Shown here piece after piece: positions 62,022-64,000 of a DNA stretch of 64,000 nucleotides. Made by a program: the position numbers and the translations under genes. The stretch comes from Deinococcales bacterium (GTDB taxonomy: Bacteria; Deinococcota; Deinococci; Deinococcales; JAAFIG01): contig JANNVX010000088.1 of the NCBI GenBank assembly GCA_031414595.1, forward strand, positions 128,001 to 192,000, written 5' to 3'. A model generated the notes under the pieces. The model saw nothing but the letters and a program-made list of their open reading frames with translations, was not told the DNA's origin and searched no databases. Every line of letters begins with the position of its first letter. Position 1 is the first letter of the stretch.

Positions 62022-62315
62022 ATGACCATGAGCCAACTTGAAGATGAAGCCGCCTTAAACGCAGCTTGGGCAATCCTCAAAAAACACCAGATACCAGATG
62101 GATTATTGGGTGTATTTTACCTCGAGACAAGGGAACATTTTGTGCTGCTTTACGAAGAAGAGAACTGTGAATACCAAGAATGGGTACGCTTAGAAATTGA
62201 CAGCCTAACCAACCTGCCGCAAGATGTACTCGAGGAAGCCGCCCAGCGCTTGGTCAAACGAATAGCCATTACCCGCCGTCGGTTCATTGACCCACGTAAA
62301 AGCCTAAAGGCTTAG
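62022..62315 (+). CDS. hypothetical protein
   Basis: ORF directly following the GNAT gene. Confidence 0.6.
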   Translation: MTMSQLEDEAALNAAWAILKKHQIPDGLLGVFYLETREHFVLLYEEENCEYQEWVRLEIDSLTNLPQDVLEEAAQRLVKRIAITRRRFIDPRKSLKA

Positions 62316-63595
62316 ATTCGCATTTCTTCCAGCACATCCCAATAGTTAGGAAAGGTTTTACTGGTACATTTTGGGTCAAGAATTGTGACCCCAACTTGTT
62401 TTAAGCCAATCAAAGCAAAGCTCATTGCCATGCGGTGGTCATCATAGGTTTGCACTCGAGCAGGGGAGACCTTACCTGGATAAATCACAAATCCATCTTC
62501 TTCCTCGAGTGCCTGTATGCCAAGGCGCTTGAGTTCAGTCACCACGGCTGCCACCCGGTCGGTTTCTTTTTTACGGATAAATCCAATTCCAGTCACTCGT
62601 GTTGGACTGTCGGCAAAGACTGCTACTGCCGCTAAAGTTTGGGCTGTATCTGAAATTTGGCTCATGTCTATTGTCTCGAGTCCGCGTAAGTGCGGTGTAC
62701 CAATCACTGTGGTTTCGGTTTCGGTCATCTGAACTGTGCAACCCATCTGCTCGAGTATTCGCACAAAGGCTAAATCGCCTTGCAAGCTGCTTGAACCGAG
62801 TCTGGGAACGGTTACTCGCCCACCCGTAATGGCGGCGGCGGCAAACAAGTAACTGGCGGCACTGGCATCTGGCTCGACCAAATAAGCGGCTGGCTGATAG
62901 CGACTGGGCTTAACCACAAAACGCTCAAAGTTATAAGTCTCGAGTTCGACCCCAAAGGCTTGCATAGCTTGGGCAGTGACGGCTAAGTACGGCTTAGAAA
63001 CCAATTCGCCTTCGACAATCAGTTCCAAGCCTTGTTCAAAATATGGGGCGCTCATCAGTAAACCACTCAGGTATTGGCTGGATAAATCACCACGGATTCG
63101 TACTGAACCACCACGAATTCCATTTGCCATAACTCGAATTGGCGGGCAACCTGTGCTTTGAATACTCGAGACATCACCACCGATTTGATTTAGCGCATCT
63201 ATTAATGGCTGGAGTGGACGTTGACGCATGGCTTCGACACCATCAATCACGTATTTGCTTTGTCCTAAAGTCACAAGTGGGGCTAAAAACCGAGCGCTTG
63301 TCCCAGAATTCCCAATAAAAAGCGGCTGGCTCGAGGCTTGCAAGATTCCACCCGTACCATGCACCGTAAAACCCTGATTGGCTTCGTCCTCGAGAACCTG
63401 TACGCCCAATTGTCGCAGGGCTTGCGCCATGTACAAGGTGTCATCACTAAAAAGCGCCCCAGCAATCTGACTCTCGCCGTTTGCCAAAGCCGCAATTGGC
63501 AGTACCCGATTGGTATAACTTTTCGAGCCGGGCGGGGACACCGTGGCATGTACGGGTTTAGAAAACGGAATCATCTCGAGGGCATCAGGTAACAT
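62312..63595 (-). CDS. aroA: 3-phosphoshikimate 1-carboxyvinyltransferase
   Basis: PGSKSYTNR, GNSGTSARF, SSQYLS, KETDR, DDHRMAMSF, KTFP. Confidence 0.96.
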   Translation of the reverse strand: MLPDALEMIPFSKPVHATVSPPGSKSYTNRVLPIAALANGESQIAGALFSDDTLYMAQALRQLGVQVLEDEANQGFTVHGTGGILQASSQPLFIGNSGTSARFLAPLVTLGQSKYVIDGVEAMRQRPLQPLIDALNQIGGDVSSIQSTGCPPIRVMANGIRGGSVRIRGDLSSQYLSGLLMSAPYFEQGLELIVEGELVSKPYLAVTAQAMQAFGVELETYNFERFVVKPSRYQPAAYLVEPDASAASYLFAAAAITGGRVTVPRLGSSSLQGDLAFVRILEQMGCTVQMTETETTVIGTPHLRGLETIDMSQISDTAQTLAAVAVFADSPTRVTGIGFIRKKETDRVAAVVTELKRLGIQALEEEDGFVIYPGKVSPARVQTYDDHRMAMSFALIGLKQVGVTILDPKCTSKTFPNYWDVLEEMRI

Positions 63596-63685
63596 CGAAT
63601 GACAGGATAACAAACTTATCTGGTCGTTGCTAAGGTTCAAATAGCAATTTCCAAAGCACAAAACCTAAAAAGCCCTCCAAAAACC

Positions 63686-63721
63686 CATGCGACGCTCATG
63701 CGACGCTAGGTTTGGTAAGTT
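63686..63721 (+). promoter_or_regulatory. 11-bp tandem direct repeat upstream of -10, SARP-type activator site
   Basis: CATGCGACGCT x2, then 8 nt, then TAAGTT (with TG extension). Confidence 0.55.
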
Positions 63722-63903
63722 GATCTCACTTCGAGAACACCATTCTACAGCACTGACCCGTGTAGCTCGGATCGAAAGTTTGGAATCAATGTTATGTGCT
63801 TGTACGACGGAGGTGAGGATTACTCAAGAAACCACAGCACCCAAGCATTCCGCTCGAGTCTCTTTTTAAGGCTGACCAGAACATGAAACACCTGGAGGTA
63901 CGC

Positions 63904-64000
63904 ATGATGGAACAACCCAAACGTTTGACCCCGTGGCTGTTGCTGCTGTTGGTGGCTTGCGGTGGCGGGGGAAACCCAGGAACAAAAGTGAACATTGGCG
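63904..64000 (+). CDS. lipoprotein, 5' part (runs off window)
   Basis: GGAGGT RBS; MMEQPKRLTPWLLLLLVAC-GGGG lipobox. Confidence 0.7.
   Translation, partial: MMEQPKRLTPWLLLLLVACGGGGNPGTKVNIG

Noticed and set aside
63730-63880. Riboswitch in the lipoprotein leader
   Set aside because: No recognisable aptamer consensus by eye; would need an Infernal search.

Overview
Chromosomal window from a moderate-GC member of the Deinococcota. The assignment rests on a double-OB-fold SSB, an 889-aa PilF-type pilus ATPase, a LysY-type reductase, a HAIR site at clpB and many leaderless TAnnnT-N5-8-ATG starts. The housekeeping backbone includes gltX, pilT, ispD-ispE, polB, icd, frr, gap-pgk, nth, lysY, pilB/F, ftsH, clpB, rpsF-ssb-rpsR-rplI, Opp-type permeases and aroA. 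Two accessory blocks interrupt it: a ~10 kb array of variable secreted/lipoprotein genes bracketed by a duplicated ispD 5' end (12.6-22.8 kb), and a ~6.5 kb toxin-antitoxin cassette array separated by a degenerate repeat (51.7-58.4 kb). Best candidate for an undescribed system: an AfsR-like HTH/BTAD-NB-ARC-TPR regulator (38424-41279) that converges on an unannotated 46-aa prepeptide (signal peptide + DPTNYGGGP). A neighbouring 150-aa protein ends in the near-identical NPTNFGGGP, suggesting peptide signalling through a STAND receptor. Other notable signals are strong HIP1-like over-representation of CTCGAG, a type I toxin-like mRNA with 5'-3' fold-back, and a structured leader RNA before a DUF3800 gene. 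No rRNA, tRNA, CRISPR array or integrase was seen.
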